A stretch of DNA of 64,000 nt from an uncultured Gemmatimonadaceae bacterium (GCA_963740355.1 CAVUDW010000002.1:192001-256000), one strand, 5' to 3'. Numbered from the stretch's first letter, positions 39,551 through 49,941 are shown. Numbers and translations are program-made. The notes: generated by a model from the sequence alone, not told the origin.

Positions 39551-40120
39551 ATGTCCGAACTCTCCCTCGAAGGCCACCTGCACCGCCGTTGCGGCGGGCA
39601 CTACGCGCTGGCCGTTGAAGAAGTCACGATCCGCCTCAGCGGCATGACCGCGCGGGTCGATCGCAGCATGTACAAGTGCGACAAGTGCGGCGACAAGCAG
39701 CACACCGTGGAGCAGCGTGAGGAAGCCGAACGCGAGGCGATCCTCACCATGCGCACCGAGCACACCCTGCTGACCGGCAAGGAGATCAAGCATTTCCGCG
39801 AGTCGGTCGGTCTCACCACGGCGCAGCTGGGCGAATTGCTGCACGGGCTGCCGAAAGGCATCGTGGAAGGGTGGGAGAAGGGCCGGTACCTGCAGAGCCC
39901 GGCCGTCGACGCGATGCTGCGTTCGCTGACCGATCGCGAAGAGCGCGAGCGCCGCGCGGTCCGCGCCGGATTCGTGTTGCCGCCGATCCCTGGAGAAGTG
40001 GTGCCTGAGGTGGCGCCGGACGTCGTCGATGGGGCGCCAGCGGCCGATGCAGTTCTGGAAGGACACGAACCGACCGGGGCGACTGAACCCGATCAGGCTG
40101 CGGCCAGCGTTCAGGTCTAG
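39551..40120 (+). CDS. MqsA/YgiT-type Zn-finger + XRE-HTH protein
   Basis: HRRCGG...YKCDKCG Zn ribbon; LLTGKEIKHFRESVGLTTAQLGELL...WEKG HTH. Confidence 0.75.
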   Translation: MSELSLEGHLHRRCGGHYALAVEEVTIRLSGMTARVDRSMYKCDKCGDKQHTVEQREEAEREAILTMRTEHTLLTGKEIKHFRESVGLTTAQLGELLHGLPKGIVEGWEKGRYLQSPAVDAMLRSLTDREERERRAVRAGFVLPPIPGEVVPEVAPDVVDGAPAADAVLEGHEPTGATEPDQAAASVQV

Positions 40121-40177
40121 GTACAGCGCGCGCGGTTTCACCGCGCCGTCGATCATCCTTTTCCGCTGAGTGTCGCC

Positions 40178-41551
40178 GTGCCGCAGTTCGTTCGCCGAAG
40201 CCCGATGCCCGTCTCTGCACGGGCACTGTTCGACTGGCATGAACAGCCCGGCGCGTTCGAACGCCTGAGCCCGGGGTGGCAGCAGGCAAAGGTGCTTTCG
40301 CGCACTGGCGGCATCACCGACGGCAGTCGCGTCGAGGTCGAGGTCCCGATCCTGGGTGGGTTGGTGCACCAGCGGATGCTGATGGAGCACAGCGGGTACG
40401 TGGCTGGCTCGCGCTTCGTGGATACGCAGATGGAAGGCCCGTTCGCCCGCTGGCAGCACACACACACCATGGAGCCGGCGGCCGACGGCTCCAGCGTGCT
40501 GGTCGATCAGATCGACTACGAGCTGCCGATGTCGCCCTTCGGTGACCTCGTGGCCGGCGGGTTCGTGGACCACCAGCTCAACCAGCTGTTCGACTTCCGA
40601 CATGCCCGCACGCGCACGGACCTGCTGCGGCACCTGGAGTTCGCGAGCCAGCCGCGTTTGACCGTCGCGATCACCGGCGGCACCGGGATGATCGGGACCG
40701 CTCTCACCTGGCTGCTGCGCACGGGCGGTCATACGGTGCGCTGGATCACCCGTCGGCCCGACGCTGCGCGTGGCGACATTGGCTGGAACCCTGACGCCGG
40801 AGTGCTCGACTCGGCTTCGCTGCAGGGCGTGGACGCGGTGATCCACCTTGCCGGTGCCAACGTCGGCGAGCGCTGGACCCCCGAGCACAAGCGAGACATC
40901 CGCTCGAGCCGAGAGCTCGGAACGCGGACGCTGGCGGCAGCGATCCTGAGGATGGACACTCCTCCGCAGTGTCTCGTTTCGACGTCAGCGATCGGCTACT
41001 ATGGCGATACTGGCTCGATGATGATTGAAGAAAGCGCGGGAAAAGGCTCCGGATTCCTCGCCGATGTGTGCGAGATCTGGGAGAACGAGACCCAGTCGGT
41101 GGCGGCCGCCGGTATCCGCGTTGCCATCGCCCGGACCGGTATCGTTCTCTCGCCACTGGGCGGGGCACTGGCCAAGATGCTCCCCGCCTTTCAGTTCGGG
41201 GTCGGCGGACCACTCGGTTCAGGCAAGCAATGGATGAGCTGGATCTCGCTCGATGACCAGGTCGGCGCCTTGCACCACCTGTTGATGAATGCGCGCTGCC
41301 GCGGCGTCTTCAACCTCACGGCGCCCAACCCCGTCCCGAACGTCGATTTCGTCCACACGCTCGGTCGCGTGCTGCAGCGTCCGGCCATCCTGCCGGTGCC
41401 GGGATTCGTGCTCAGCACCATTTTCGGCGAGATGGCGCAGGCCACGATCCTCGATGGCCAGCGAGTGCTGCCGTCGCGCCTGCGTGAAACGGAGTTCCAG
41501 TTCCAGCTCCCCTCGCTCGAGGAAGCATTACGCTTCGAGCTGGGGCGCTGA
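40178..41551 (+). CDS. SRPBCC domain fused to a TIGR01777-type epimerase/oxidoreductase
   Basis: FVDTQMEGPFARWQHTH; ITGGTGMIG, HLAG, GSGKQWMSWISLDD. Confidence 0.88.
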   Translation: MPQFVRRSPMPVSARALFDWHEQPGAFERLSPGWQQAKVLSRTGGITDGSRVEVEVPILGGLVHQRMLMEHSGYVAGSRFVDTQMEGPFARWQHTHTMEPAADGSSVLVDQIDYELPMSPFGDLVAGGFVDHQLNQLFDFRHARTRTDLLRHLEFASQPRLTVAITGGTGMIGTALTWLLRTGGHTVRWITRRPDAARGDIGWNPDAGVLDSASLQGVDAVIHLAGANVGERWTPEHKRDIRSSRELGTRTLAAAILRMDTPPQCLVSTSAIGYYGDTGSMMIEESAGKGSGFLADVCEIWENETQSVAAAGIRVAIARTGIVLSPLGGALAKMLPAFQFGVGGPLGSGKQWMSWISLDDQVGALHHLLMNARCRGVFNLTAPNPVPNVDFVHTLGRVLQRPAILPVPGFVLSTIFGEMAQATILDGQRVLPSRLRETEFQFQLPSLEEALRFELGR

Positions 41552-41644
41552 CCTGAAACCTTTTGACACACCCCATCGTCTTTCCGCTGTCACTGAGTCG
41601 GCCGCGCGGTCGCGCGTCACCGCATTCGGACGGAGACTGAAACC

Positions 41645-41911
41645 GTGGTCGCAATCATCATCGAAGGCGTGTTGTTCGTCGCGGCAATCGTGGCGTTCAC
41701 CGCCTTTTTGTTTTGGGGAGTCAAGGCGTTCACACCGCTCGGCACCCGCTGGAGGCAGGCAGAAAATCGCCGGCTGATCGACCAGCATGCCGCACTCACC
41801 TGCCCCATTCATGGATGGCAGGCGCCGGACTCCCTCGTGCGGCTCCCCAGCGGAGAGCCGCTCTGTTCAAAGTGCTACCAGGAGACTCTATATGGGCAGC
41901 TCGATCGGTGA
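41645..41911 (+). CDS. Small membrane protein with a C-terminal Zn-ribbon-like motif
   Basis: N-terminal TM helix; CPIHG...CSKC; GGAG Shine-Dalgarno; overlaps the SPFH gene. Confidence 0.65.
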   Translation: MVAIIIEGVLFVAAIVAFTAFLFWGVKAFTPLGTRWRQAENRRLIDQHAALTCPIHGWQAPDSLVRLPSGEPLCSKCYQETLYGQLDR

Positions 41912-42821
41912 TCGCATCTCGCAGATGGGCGCTGCGGCGGCCGGAGGCGGGGGCGGAGCCAAGAAGGCCGTCCTTGCAATCGGTGTCGGCATCGCCGCGA
42001 TATGGCTTGCCAGCAGTTCGGTGTCCTACATCTCGCCCGGCCATGTCGGCATCGTCATTCATCGCGCGGGCGGTGGCGTGGACAAGACGCCGCTTGGGCC
42101 GGGCATCCACGGACGCAACCCGTTGCTGACGCAGATCGTCGAGTACCCGACGTTCATGCAGACGCTGGTGCTGACGCGCGGATCCACCGAAGGCTCGGTC
42201 AACAACGACGAGATCAACGTCAACTCGCAGGAGGGGCAGCCCCTCTCGGTCGATGTCTCGATGTCCTTCGAGCTCGACGCCGCGCGCGTTCCGCAGCTCT
42301 ACCAGACCTTCCGTACCGACATCGCCACGATCCAGCATGGCTATGTCAAGCAGACCATCCGGCAGGCGTTGCAGGAAGTGATCGGCAGTGAGCAGATCGC
42401 CGACATCATCGGCCCCAAGAAGGCCGAGGCGGTGGGGCGGGCGCAAACGCTCATCTCGAAGCGGTTGTCGGTGTACGGCATCGAGGTGAAGCAGTTCACG
42501 CTCAACGAACTGCGGGCGCCGGAAACCGTCATGTCGGCCATCAACACCAAGAACGTGATGCAGCAGCAGGCGCTGACGGCGCAGAACGAATTGCAGAAGA
42601 ACACCTTCCAGGCGCAGGGCGACAGCATCAAGGCTGTTGGGCGAGCGAAGGCGATCCTCGCGGAGGCGCAGGCACAGGCGCAGGCCAACGAGCTGCTCGC
42701 CAAGAGCATCTCGGGAAGCCTCGTGCAATACGAAATGGCGAAGAAGTGGAATGGCGTGATGCCGCAGGTCAGCGGTGCGGCGATGCCGATGATCCAGATG
42801 CCGGGCACCGCGAAGCCATAG
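41892..42821 (+). CDS. SPFH/prohibitin-family membrane protein
   Basis: TM helix, SPGHVGI, SQEGQ.LSVDVS, coiled-coil AEAQAQA, KWNG.MP; GGAGA Shine-Dalgarno before ATG 41892. Confidence 0.88.
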   Translation: MGSSIGDRISQMGAAAAGGGGGAKKAVLAIGVGIAAIWLASSSVSYISPGHVGIVIHRAGGGVDKTPLGPGIHGRNPLLTQIVEYPTFMQTLVLTRGSTEGSVNNDEINVNSQEGQPLSVDVSMSFELDAARVPQLYQTFRTDIATIQHGYVKQTIRQALQEVIGSEQIADIIGPKKAEAVGRAQTLISKRLSVYGIEVKQFTLNELRAPETVMSAINTKNVMQQQALTAQNELQKNTFQAQGDSIKAVGRAKAILAEAQAQAQANELLAKSISGSLVQYEMAKKWNGVMPQVSGAAMPMIQMPGTAKP

Positions 42822-42867
42822 GTTGACGCATAAAGGCTCAGTTCGGCGAGGTCAACGGGACGGTCAG

Positions 42868-42920
42868 CAGGGGTCGGTGCGATCTGAATGCGTGACGCAT
42901 TCGATTCGCAGCGGCCCCTG
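42868..42920. other. Long intergenic hairpin
   Basis: CAGGGGTCG..TGCGA..GAATGCGT-G-ACGCATTC..TCGCA..CGGCCCCTG. Confidence 0.6.
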
Positions 42921-43036
42921 TTACGTTGGTATTACAAGGATCTAAGCTTTAGACATCGGGGTACCTGCGGCGACTATCGCCGTGTCCGTTACCGACCCCG
43001 TTTCAGTTCTGCCTCTTCACCATCGAGGATCGACTT

Positions 43037-43420
43037 GTGGGCATTTTCAGCGCATTGAAGGACAAACTGTTCGGGACCAAGGTTCCAGACGCCGCGGCCG
43101 CACCGGCACCTGCCGCCGCACCAGTGGCCGTTGATCCCGCCGCGCCGGCGCCGGTCATTCCGCTGCTCGACGTCGAGGCCGTGCTGACGTTCATGGCGTC
43201 GCAGGACAAGCGTGAGTTGAACTGGAAGACGTCGATCGTCGACCTGATGAAGCTGCTCGGCATGGAAAGCAGCCTCGCCGAACGTCGTGAGCTGGCCGAT
43301 GAACTGGGCTTCACGGGTGACAAGCATGACACGGCCACGATGAACATCTGGCTGCACAAGGAAGTGATGAAACAGTTCGCCGCCAACGGTGGACATGTTC
43401 CGGCTTCGATGCTCGACTGA
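43037..43420 (+). CDS. DUF3597-family protein
   Basis: LNWKTSIVDLMKLLGMESSL...GDKHDTATMNIWLHKEVMKQFAANGG. Confidence 0.85.
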   Translation: MGIFSALKDKLFGTKVPDAAAAPAPAAAPVAVDPAAPAPVIPLLDVEAVLTFMASQDKRELNWKTSIVDLMKLLGMESSLAERRELADELGFTGDKHDTATMNIWLHKEVMKQFAANGGHVPASMLD

Positions 43421-43512
43421 TGTAAACCGCGGCACAGTTCGCCGGTGTATCATCCGCTCGGAGCGACCCGTCGCTCCGAGCGGATTGTCTTTTCTCCCCT
43501 CTGCTGCTCTTG

Positions 43513-45423
43513 ATGCCGCCACATGCCGCACTGATTGCCACGGTTGCCGTCAGCCTCGGCATCGCCTTCGTCTTCGGCCTGATTGCCGCGCGCCTCAAGC
43601 TGCCGCCGATTGTCGGCTATCTGCTGGCAGGCGTCGCCGTTGGCCCGTTCACACCCGGCTACGTCGTCGACAGCGGCATCATTGCGCAGGCATCCGAACT
43701 GGGCGTGATCCTGCTCATGTTCGGCGTGGGTCTTCACTTCTCGTTCCGCGACCTGATGACCGTCCGGCGCGTCGTGGTGCCGGGGGCGTTGCTGCAGATC
43801 CTGGTGACGGGCAGCATCGGAACCACCATCGGTCGCCTGTGGGGCGTGAGCTGGGGCGGCGCACTGGTGATCGGCATCTCGCTGGCGGTCGCGAGTACGG
43901 TGGTGCTTCTGAAAGGGCTCGAGGCACAGGACCGGCTCGACTCCCCCGAAGGCCGACTGGCGGTGGGGTGGCTGGTCGTGGAGGACCTCGCGATGGTGGT
44001 GATGCTGGTTGTTCTGCCCGCCGTGGCACCGATGCTGGGTGGCAACGCCGACCCAGCGGCCGCCGCTGGCAACGGACTGCTGGCCGCACTCGGCATTGCG
44101 CTCGTGAAGGTGGCGGCGTTTGGCGTCCTGATGGGAGTCGTTGGCCGACGCGCCGTGCCGTGGCTGCTGGAACACGTGGCGCGCGTCGGTTCGCGCGAAC
44201 TTTTCACACTCGCGGTGCTGGTGACCGCACTCGGCATCGCCACACTGGCCTCCGAAGTCTTCGGCGTCTCGCTTGCACTGGGTGCCTTCTTCGCCGGTGC
44301 CGTGGTGAGCGAGTCGGAACTCAGCCATCGTGCGGCGACGGATGCCCTGCCGTTGCAGGATGCGTTTGCCGTCCTGTTTTTCCTCTCGGTCGGCATCCTC
44401 TTCAATCCGCTGGTGGTCGTGCAGTCGCCGATGCAGGTACTCGCGTTGGTGGCGGTGATCGTGCTGGGCAAGTTCGCGGTCTCCTTCGCCCTGATGCGCC
44501 TGCTCAGGCAACCGAAGCGGGCCTCGCTGACGATCGGTGCCAGCCTCGCGCAGATCGGCGAGTTCTCGTTCATCGTCGCCGGTCTTGGTGTGACCCTCGG
44601 CCTGATCACGCGCGATCTGCAGGCCGTGATCGTGGCCGCCGCGCTGATCGCGATCACCGTCAATCAGCCACTCCTCGCCGGTGTGAAGCTCTTCCAGAAG
44701 CGGGCGCTCACTGGCGCGGCACGCGAGCGCATGGGTCATGCCCCAGAAGTGCGCGCAGGCGCCTCGGTGCCCAGTGGTGTGGTGCCGCAGACGGCGCAGG
44801 CCACCCGCGCACCGATCGATGAGGTGGAGGATCCGTTCGATTTTTCAAGGTTCCGCGATCATGTGATCGTCATCGGTCACGGTCGCGTGGGCACGACCAT
44901 CACCGAGGCGTTGCAGCGTGACTCGGCGCGATACGTGATCGTGGACGAGCAGGAACGCATCGTCGCCGGACTTCGTGTGCGCGGCGAGCGCGCGGTCTTC
45001 GGTGATGCAACACGGATCGATGTCTTGCGGCGAGCAGGCATCGAACACGCGCGCTTGATCGTGGTCACGGCGCCGGAGCCGATTCGGTCGCGGCGCATCG
45101 TGGAAGTGGCGCGTGAGGTGAATCCGCAGATTGCGATTGCGGTGCGTACGCACAGTGCTGTCGAACAGGCATTCTTCGAGGAGCTGGTGAACGCACCTGG
45201 CACCACCGGTCGCGCCGTGTATGCTGAACGCGAGGCCGCACTGAGCCTCGCGCACTTCACGCTGCAGACGCTTGGCCGCACCGATGATGAAGCCGATGTC
45301 GTGATCGACTCGTTGCGTGGATCGAAGCTGCTTCCCACCGAGACGTTCGCGGCGCTGCACACGCGCGAATTCCGCGCAATGATGGCCCCGGACCCCAACC
45401 ACCCGGCGGAAAAGAGTCCGTAA
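43513..45423 (+). CDS. CPA2 cation:proton antiporter with a TrkA-N (KTN) domain, YbaL/RosB-like
   Basis: ELGVILLMFGVGLHFS, GWLVVEDL, LAQIGEFSF, VIGHGRVG. Confidence 0.9.
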   Translation: MPPHAALIATVAVSLGIAFVFGLIAARLKLPPIVGYLLAGVAVGPFTPGYVVDSGIIAQASELGVILLMFGVGLHFSFRDLMTVRRVVVPGALLQILVTGSIGTTIGRLWGVSWGGALVIGISLAVASTVVLLKGLEAQDRLDSPEGRLAVGWLVVEDLAMVVMLVVLPAVAPMLGGNADPAAAAGNGLLAALGIALVKVAAFGVLMGVVGRRAVPWLLEHVARVGSRELFTLAVLVTALGIATLASEVFGVSLALGAFFAGAVVSESELSHRAATDALPLQDAFAVLFFLSVGILFNPLVVVQSPMQVLALVAVIVLGKFAVSFALMRLLRQPKRASLTIGASLAQIGEFSFIVAGLGVTLGLITRDLQAVIVAAALIAITVNQPLLAGVKLFQKRALTGAARERMGHAPEVRAGASVPSGVVPQTAQATRAPIDEVEDPFDFSRFRDHVIVIGHGRVGTTITEALQRDSARYVIVDEQERIVAGLRVRGERAVFGDATRIDVLRRAGIEHARLIVVTAPEPIRSRRIVEVAREVNPQIAIAVRTHSAVEQAFFEELVNAPGTTGRAVYAEREAALSLAHFTLQTLGRTDDEADVVIDSLRGSKLLPTETFAALHTREFRAMMAPDPNHPAEKSP

Positions 45424-45432
45424 AGGGTGACG

Positions 45433-47592
45433 TCAGTGCGTCTGCCTGCTGGTGGCCGATTCCACCGTCACTGGCACACCGCTGAATCCAGCATTGCCGG
45501 TCAACGTGTCGATGCGCTGGTCGTCGGTGAGGTCGTTGATGCTCACACCGGCGTGCGTGTTCGCGATGGCGAGCTGGGTGCCGCTCCGACCATGCCCCCA
45601 GCCGTGCGGCAGGCTCACCACACCGGGCATGACGCTGTTGGTGACCTCGAGTGGCACCACCACATCGCCGACACGTGACGTCACGCGCACCTCGTCACCG
45701 TCGGATAGGCGGCGCGCCGCTGCATCGGACGGATGCATCTGCAGCGAACAGCGATTCTTGCCACGGACCAGCCGTTCGCTGTTGTGCATCCAGGAGTTGT
45801 TCGAGCGCAGCGCGCGGCGACCGATCAGCGCCAGCGAGCCATCTGGTGTCGGCGCAGCGGCAAGCGCGGCGTCGAGGCGCGCCAGGTCGGACACGAACAG
45901 CTCGGGCGCGAGGTGCAGGCGACGATCCGGCGTCCGGAGCCGCGCAGGCAGCGCCGGCAGCAGCGGGCCAAGGTCGATGCCGTGCGGTTGCGCATCCAGC
46001 GCCGCGAGGCGAAGGCCACTCTTGAATGGCACGAATCCGTCGCCGTACGGGCCTCGACGCAGCCCGATGTCGAGCATGCCACGGGGCGTGAGCACCGAGA
46101 GTGCCAATGCTTTCGCGCGTGCCGACGCCGTTCCCTTCATCCGCCACGTGAGCGCGTTGAGGATTTCCCAGTCGTGGCGGGCATCGGCCGGGCGCTGAAA
46201 AACCGGCGCCGAATATTTCGTCGTGTTGCGCACCGCGAGGGTATGGAAGACGAGGTCGTAGTGATCTCGCTCGAGGGCGAACGTCGGCGGCAGGATGATG
46301 TTCGCGTGGCGCGTGGTTTCGTTGCGGTAGAAGTCGATCGCCACGTAGAACTCCAGCCCTTCGATCGCGCGCTCGAGGCGTCGGCCGTTGGGTGTCGACA
46401 ACACCGGATTTCCGGCGTGCGTGACCAGTGCTCGCACCTGGCCCGGTCCAGGCGTCTCCATCTCCTCCGCCAGCGCCGACACTGGAAGCTCGCCGGCAAA
46501 TTCCGGTAGTCCGCGCACCCGGCTCTTCCAGCGTCCGAAGCGCACGCTGCTGCCGCGTCGCTGGTCTGCGTGCAGGATGTCGATGGCCGGTTTGGTGAAC
46601 ATCGCGCCGCCAGCCACATCGAGCCGCCCGGTGACCACGTTGAGCGCCGAGATCAGCCAACAGGCCAACCCGCCGAACTCTTGCATCGACACACCGACGC
46701 GTCCGTAGGCCACGGCGCTCGGCGCTGTGGCGAAATCGCGCGCGAGAAAACGAATGGTGGTGGCGTCCATGCCCGTTGCTGCGGCCACACGCTCCGGCGC
46801 GAAGCGCAGTGCCACCGTGCGCAGTGTGTCGAGGCCCGAGAGGTAGGGCGCGTAGCGCTCGGTGTGGGCGAGGCCTTCGGTGAAGATCACGTGCAGCATG
46901 CCCAGGACCAGCAGCGCATCACTGCCAGGCCGCACGAAGTAGTGCGCGTCCACCAGCCCGGCGGTTTCGGTGCGACGGGGGTCGATCAGCACCACGCGTC
47001 CGCCACGATCACGAATCGCCCGAAGCCGATCCGTGATGCCCGGGGCGGTCATCAGGCTCCCGTTCGACGCCGCCGGGTTCGCGCCGAACATCAGCAGGTG
47101 CTGGGTGCGATCCACATCCGGAATCGGGATCAGGAGCGCGTGCCCGAACATCAGCAGGGCGGCCACATGGTGCGGCAGCTGATCGACGGAAGTCGCCGAA
47201 TATCGGTTCCTGGAGCCGAGCGCCCGCAGCAGGTCCGGGGCAAACAGCATGGCCCCCGACGAATGCACGGTCGGGTTGCCGTAGTAGGCGGCCACCGCGT
47301 CGCGGCCATGGGCGGCCTGCACCGCCTTCAGCCGAGAGGCGACTTCATCGAGGGCTTCATCCCACGGGATCTCGGTCCATTCGTGCCCCACGCGCCGCAC
47401 CGGCCGACGCAGGCGGTCCGGGTCCTCATGCACGTCCTGCAACGCCACAGCCTTGGGGCAGATGTGTCCCTTGCTGAAGGGGTCGTCGGGATCGCCCCGG
47501 ATGCCGGTGACACGGGGACCGTCAGTCGTGACCACGATCCCGCACATTGCCTCGCAGAGCGTGCAGGTCCGGAAGTGGCGATGTTCGGGCAT
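45433..47592 (-). CDS. Molybdopterin-dependent oxidoreductase (4Fe-4S + bis-MGD family)
   Basis: CTLCEAMCG...GHICPK, GANPAASNGS, IDPRRTET, PHGWG; no Tat motif seen. Confidence 0.9.
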   Translation of the reverse strand: MPEHRHFRTCTLCEAMCGIVVTTDGPRVTGIRGDPDDPFSKGHICPKAVALQDVHEDPDRLRRPVRRVGHEWTEIPWDEALDEVASRLKAVQAAHGRDAVAAYYGNPTVHSSGAMLFAPDLLRALGSRNRYSATSVDQLPHHVAALLMFGHALLIPIPDVDRTQHLLMFGANPAASNGSLMTAPGITDRLRAIRDRGGRVVLIDPRRTETAGLVDAHYFVRPGSDALLVLGMLHVIFTEGLAHTERYAPYLSGLDTLRTVALRFAPERVAAATGMDATTIRFLARDFATAPSAVAYGRVGVSMQEFGGLACWLISALNVVTGRLDVAGGAMFTKPAIDILHADQRRGSSVRFGRWKSRVRGLPEFAGELPVSALAEEMETPGPGQVRALVTHAGNPVLSTPNGRRLERAIEGLEFYVAIDFYRNETTRHANIILPPTFALERDHYDLVFHTLAVRNTTKYSAPVFQRPADARHDWEILNALTWRMKGTASARAKALALSVLTPRGMLDIGLRRGPYGDGFVPFKSGLRLAALDAQPHGIDLGPLLPALPARLRTPDRRLHLAPELFVSDLARLDAALAAAPTPDGSLALIGRRALRSNNSWMHNSERLVRGKNRCSLQMHPSDAAARRLSDGDEVRVTSRVGDVVVPLEVTNSVMPGVVSLPHGWGHGRSGTQLAIANTHAGVSINDLTDDQRIDTLTGNAGFSGVPVTVESATSRQTH

Positions 47593-47718
47593 ACGGACGG
47601 CGGGTTCGGGACAGGGGCAGGCTTTGGATGCTAGCACCCTCCCGTCTATTTCACCTACCGTCCGGTTCGCCTTCCTCCGACTTGTCGTCAAATGCCTGAC
47701 CGCGTGGCGCCCATGTCC

Positions 47719-47753
47719 GGGTTCATAGTGGGTTCATCCGGCCAGCCTACTGT
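47719..47753 (+). promoter_or_regulatory. OmpR/PhoB-type direct-repeat operator and -10 box of the two-component operon
   Basis: GGGTTCAT repeated at an 11-bp period (47719, 47730); TACTGT ends 6 nt before ATG 47760. Confidence 0.55.
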
Positions 47754-47759
47754 GGGAGC

Positions 47760-48455
47760 ATGCGAGTCTTACTTGTCGAGGACGATCCCGAGATGTCCCG
47801 TACCGCCGCGGAGTATCTCCGGCGGACCGGATTCTCCGTCGATGTTGCGATGGATGGCGCCACCGCCATGCGTGCGCTGCGGATGAACACCTACGATGCC
47901 GTCGTGCTCGACGTGCGATTGCCGGATGCCAGCGGCTTCGACATCTGTCGGCAGCTGCGGCAAATGGGATCGGAGGCGCGCGTGCTGATGGCGACGGCGC
48001 GCGATGCGATCGAGGATCGCGTCGAGGGTCTCGACCTCGGTGCCGATGACTACCTGGTGAAGCCGTACGCGATGGCCGAGTTGGCGGCGCGCATCCGCGC
48101 CCTGTTGCGGCGTCCGTCGCGTGCGGTCGGCACCGTGCTCGCCGTGAGTGACCTGGAACTCGATACCGCCACCCGCACGGCGCGACGCGGCGATCGGGTG
48201 ATCGACCTCACCACGAAGGAGTTTTCGGTGCTGGAAGTGCTGCTGCGCCACGCCGGCGAGGTGGTCACGCGTGAAGCGATCAGCGCCAGCGCCTGGGATG
48301 AGAACTACGATCCGTTCAGCAACGTGATCGATGTCTACGTGAGCCGGCTCCGCCGCAAGATTGACCTCGCAGGCGAGGTGCCGTTGGTGGCATCGGTGCG
48401 TGGGGCAGGGTATCGCCTTGGCCCGCCCATCGTCGACGGCCGGTCACGCGCATGA
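47760..48455 (+). CDS. OmpR-family response regulator (CzcR/CusR-like)
   Basis: LLVEDD, GADDYLVKP, LTTKEF, NVIDVYVSRLRRKID, VRGAGY. Confidence 0.93.
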   Translation: MRVLLVEDDPEMSRTAAEYLRRTGFSVDVAMDGATAMRALRMNTYDAVVLDVRLPDASGFDICRQLRQMGSEARVLMATARDAIEDRVEGLDLGADDYLVKPYAMAELAARIRALLRRPSRAVGTVLAVSDLELDTATRTARRGDRVIDLTTKEFSVLEVLLRHAGEVVTREAISASAWDENYDPFSNVIDVYVSRLRRKIDLAGEVPLVASVRGAGYRLGPPIVDGRSRA

Positions 48456-49903
48456 CTGCCCTGTTGGCGCGCAGCGGACTGTCGATCCGGGCGCGACTGG
48501 CCGTGTGGTATGCGTCCTCGGTGCTGATGGTCTTCCTCGTCTTCGCCTTTGCGCTGCGCGTCACGGTGCGCACGGCCTTGCGAAACGAATTCAGCTCCGG
48601 TGTCCGCAGTTCCTCCGCCGCCATCCAGTCGTTCTTTCGACTCGAGTACGCTGAATATCGCGACGTCAACGCGACCATCACGCACATCGCCAATGAAGTG
48701 GTCTTTCCTGACCGGATCGTGGAGTTCGTGCGACCCGACGGCGCGGTGGCCTTTCGCGTCGGCCCATATCGCAAGGCTGCCACTGCGCCGTCGGCCGGTG
48801 TCGGCGACAGCGTCGGGACGCTGGCGGCGCCGGTGCGCCGCGAGGTGGCGCCACTCGATCGTACGATTGCGCCTGGTTGGGAGTTGGTCGTCTTCGCCAG
48901 CGCTGCGGCACTGGAACGGTCACTGTCGCTGATCGATCGCTGGCTGCTGATCGGCATTCCGCTCGGCTTCGTCTTTGCGGGTGCCATGGGGTGGTGGCTC
49001 GCCGGTCGCACGCTGCGTCCCGTAGGGGCGATGGCAGAAGCCGCGACACAGATGGCCACTGATCGGCGCGACGTAACGCGCAATGGTGCCCCGAAGGGTC
49101 CGCAACGGCTTCCCATCGACAACCCGTCAGACGAGTTGGGCCGGCTCGGCACACGCTTCAATGCCTTGCTCGATCAACTGGATGGGGTGCTCGCGCAGCA
49201 GCGGCGCTTTCTCGCCGACGCCGCGCATGAGCTACGCACGCCGGTGGCGCGCATGATGGGCAACGTGGACCTCGCCCTGCTCGACCCGCACGACGCGGCA
49301 GCGCAAAGTGGCGCCCTCGTCCGCGTGCGTGGTGACCTCGATCGCACGTCGCGGCTGGTGGATGAATTGCTGCAGCTGGCACGCGCCGATGCGGCCGGTG
49401 ACATCGCTCCGCGTGCCGGCTACGTGGACGACGTGGTGATGGACGCCGTGCATACGTGGCAACCAGTCGCTGAGCGGAAGGGCGTGAGCCTCGTGGTGCA
49501 GACGCTCGAGGAGGCACCGGCCGCCATCGATCCAATTTATCTGGAACGCATGATCGGCATCCTGCTCGACAATGCGATCCGATACACGCAGGCTGAGGGC
49601 ACGGTCACGATTGCGGTCTCGATGTCCAACGCGATTGCGACGCTTACTGTAAGCGATACGGGGATCGGCATCGCACCTGATGAACGAAACCGGGTCTTCG
49701 AACGCTTCTATCGGGGCACCGGCGCCCGTGCCATGTCGCCTGAGGGGAGTGGCCTTGGCCTGCCGATCGCGCGCTGGATTGCACAGGCGCACGGGGCGTC
49801 GCTGGAACTGATATCGCCACCGGAAGGTGGCACGATCGCGAGGGTCACCTTTCCCTCGACCGCCCATCTGCCGTTGCGGGTCACCGACGCGCGTGTTGGT
49901 TGA
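48452..49903 (+). CDS. Sensor histidine kinase with HAMP domain
   Basis: Two TM segments, ADAAHELRTP, LLDNAIRY, DTGIG, GSGLGL. Confidence 0.93.
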   Translation: MTALLARSGLSIRARLAVWYASSVLMVFLVFAFALRVTVRTALRNEFSSGVRSSSAAIQSFFRLEYAEYRDVNATITHIANEVVFPDRIVEFVRPDGAVAFRVGPYRKAATAPSAGVGDSVGTLAAPVRREVAPLDRTIAPGWELVVFASAAALERSLSLIDRWLLIGIPLGFVFAGAMGWWLAGRTLRPVGAMAEAATQMATDRRDVTRNGAPKGPQRLPIDNPSDELGRLGTRFNALLDQLDGVLAQQRRFLADAAHELRTPVARMMGNVDLALLDPHDAAAQSGALVRVRGDLDRTSRLVDELLQLARADAAGDIAPRAGYVDDVVMDAVHTWQPVAERKGVSLVVQTLEEAPAAIDPIYLERMIGILLDNAIRYTQAEGTVTIAVSMSNAIATLTVSDTGIGIAPDERNRVFERFYRGTGARAMSPEGSGLGLPIARWIAQAHGASLELISPPEGGTIARVTFPSTAHLPLRVTDARVG

Positions 49904-49941
49904 CGTCTCACTGATTCACCTTTCTGTCCACGCGTTGCCGC

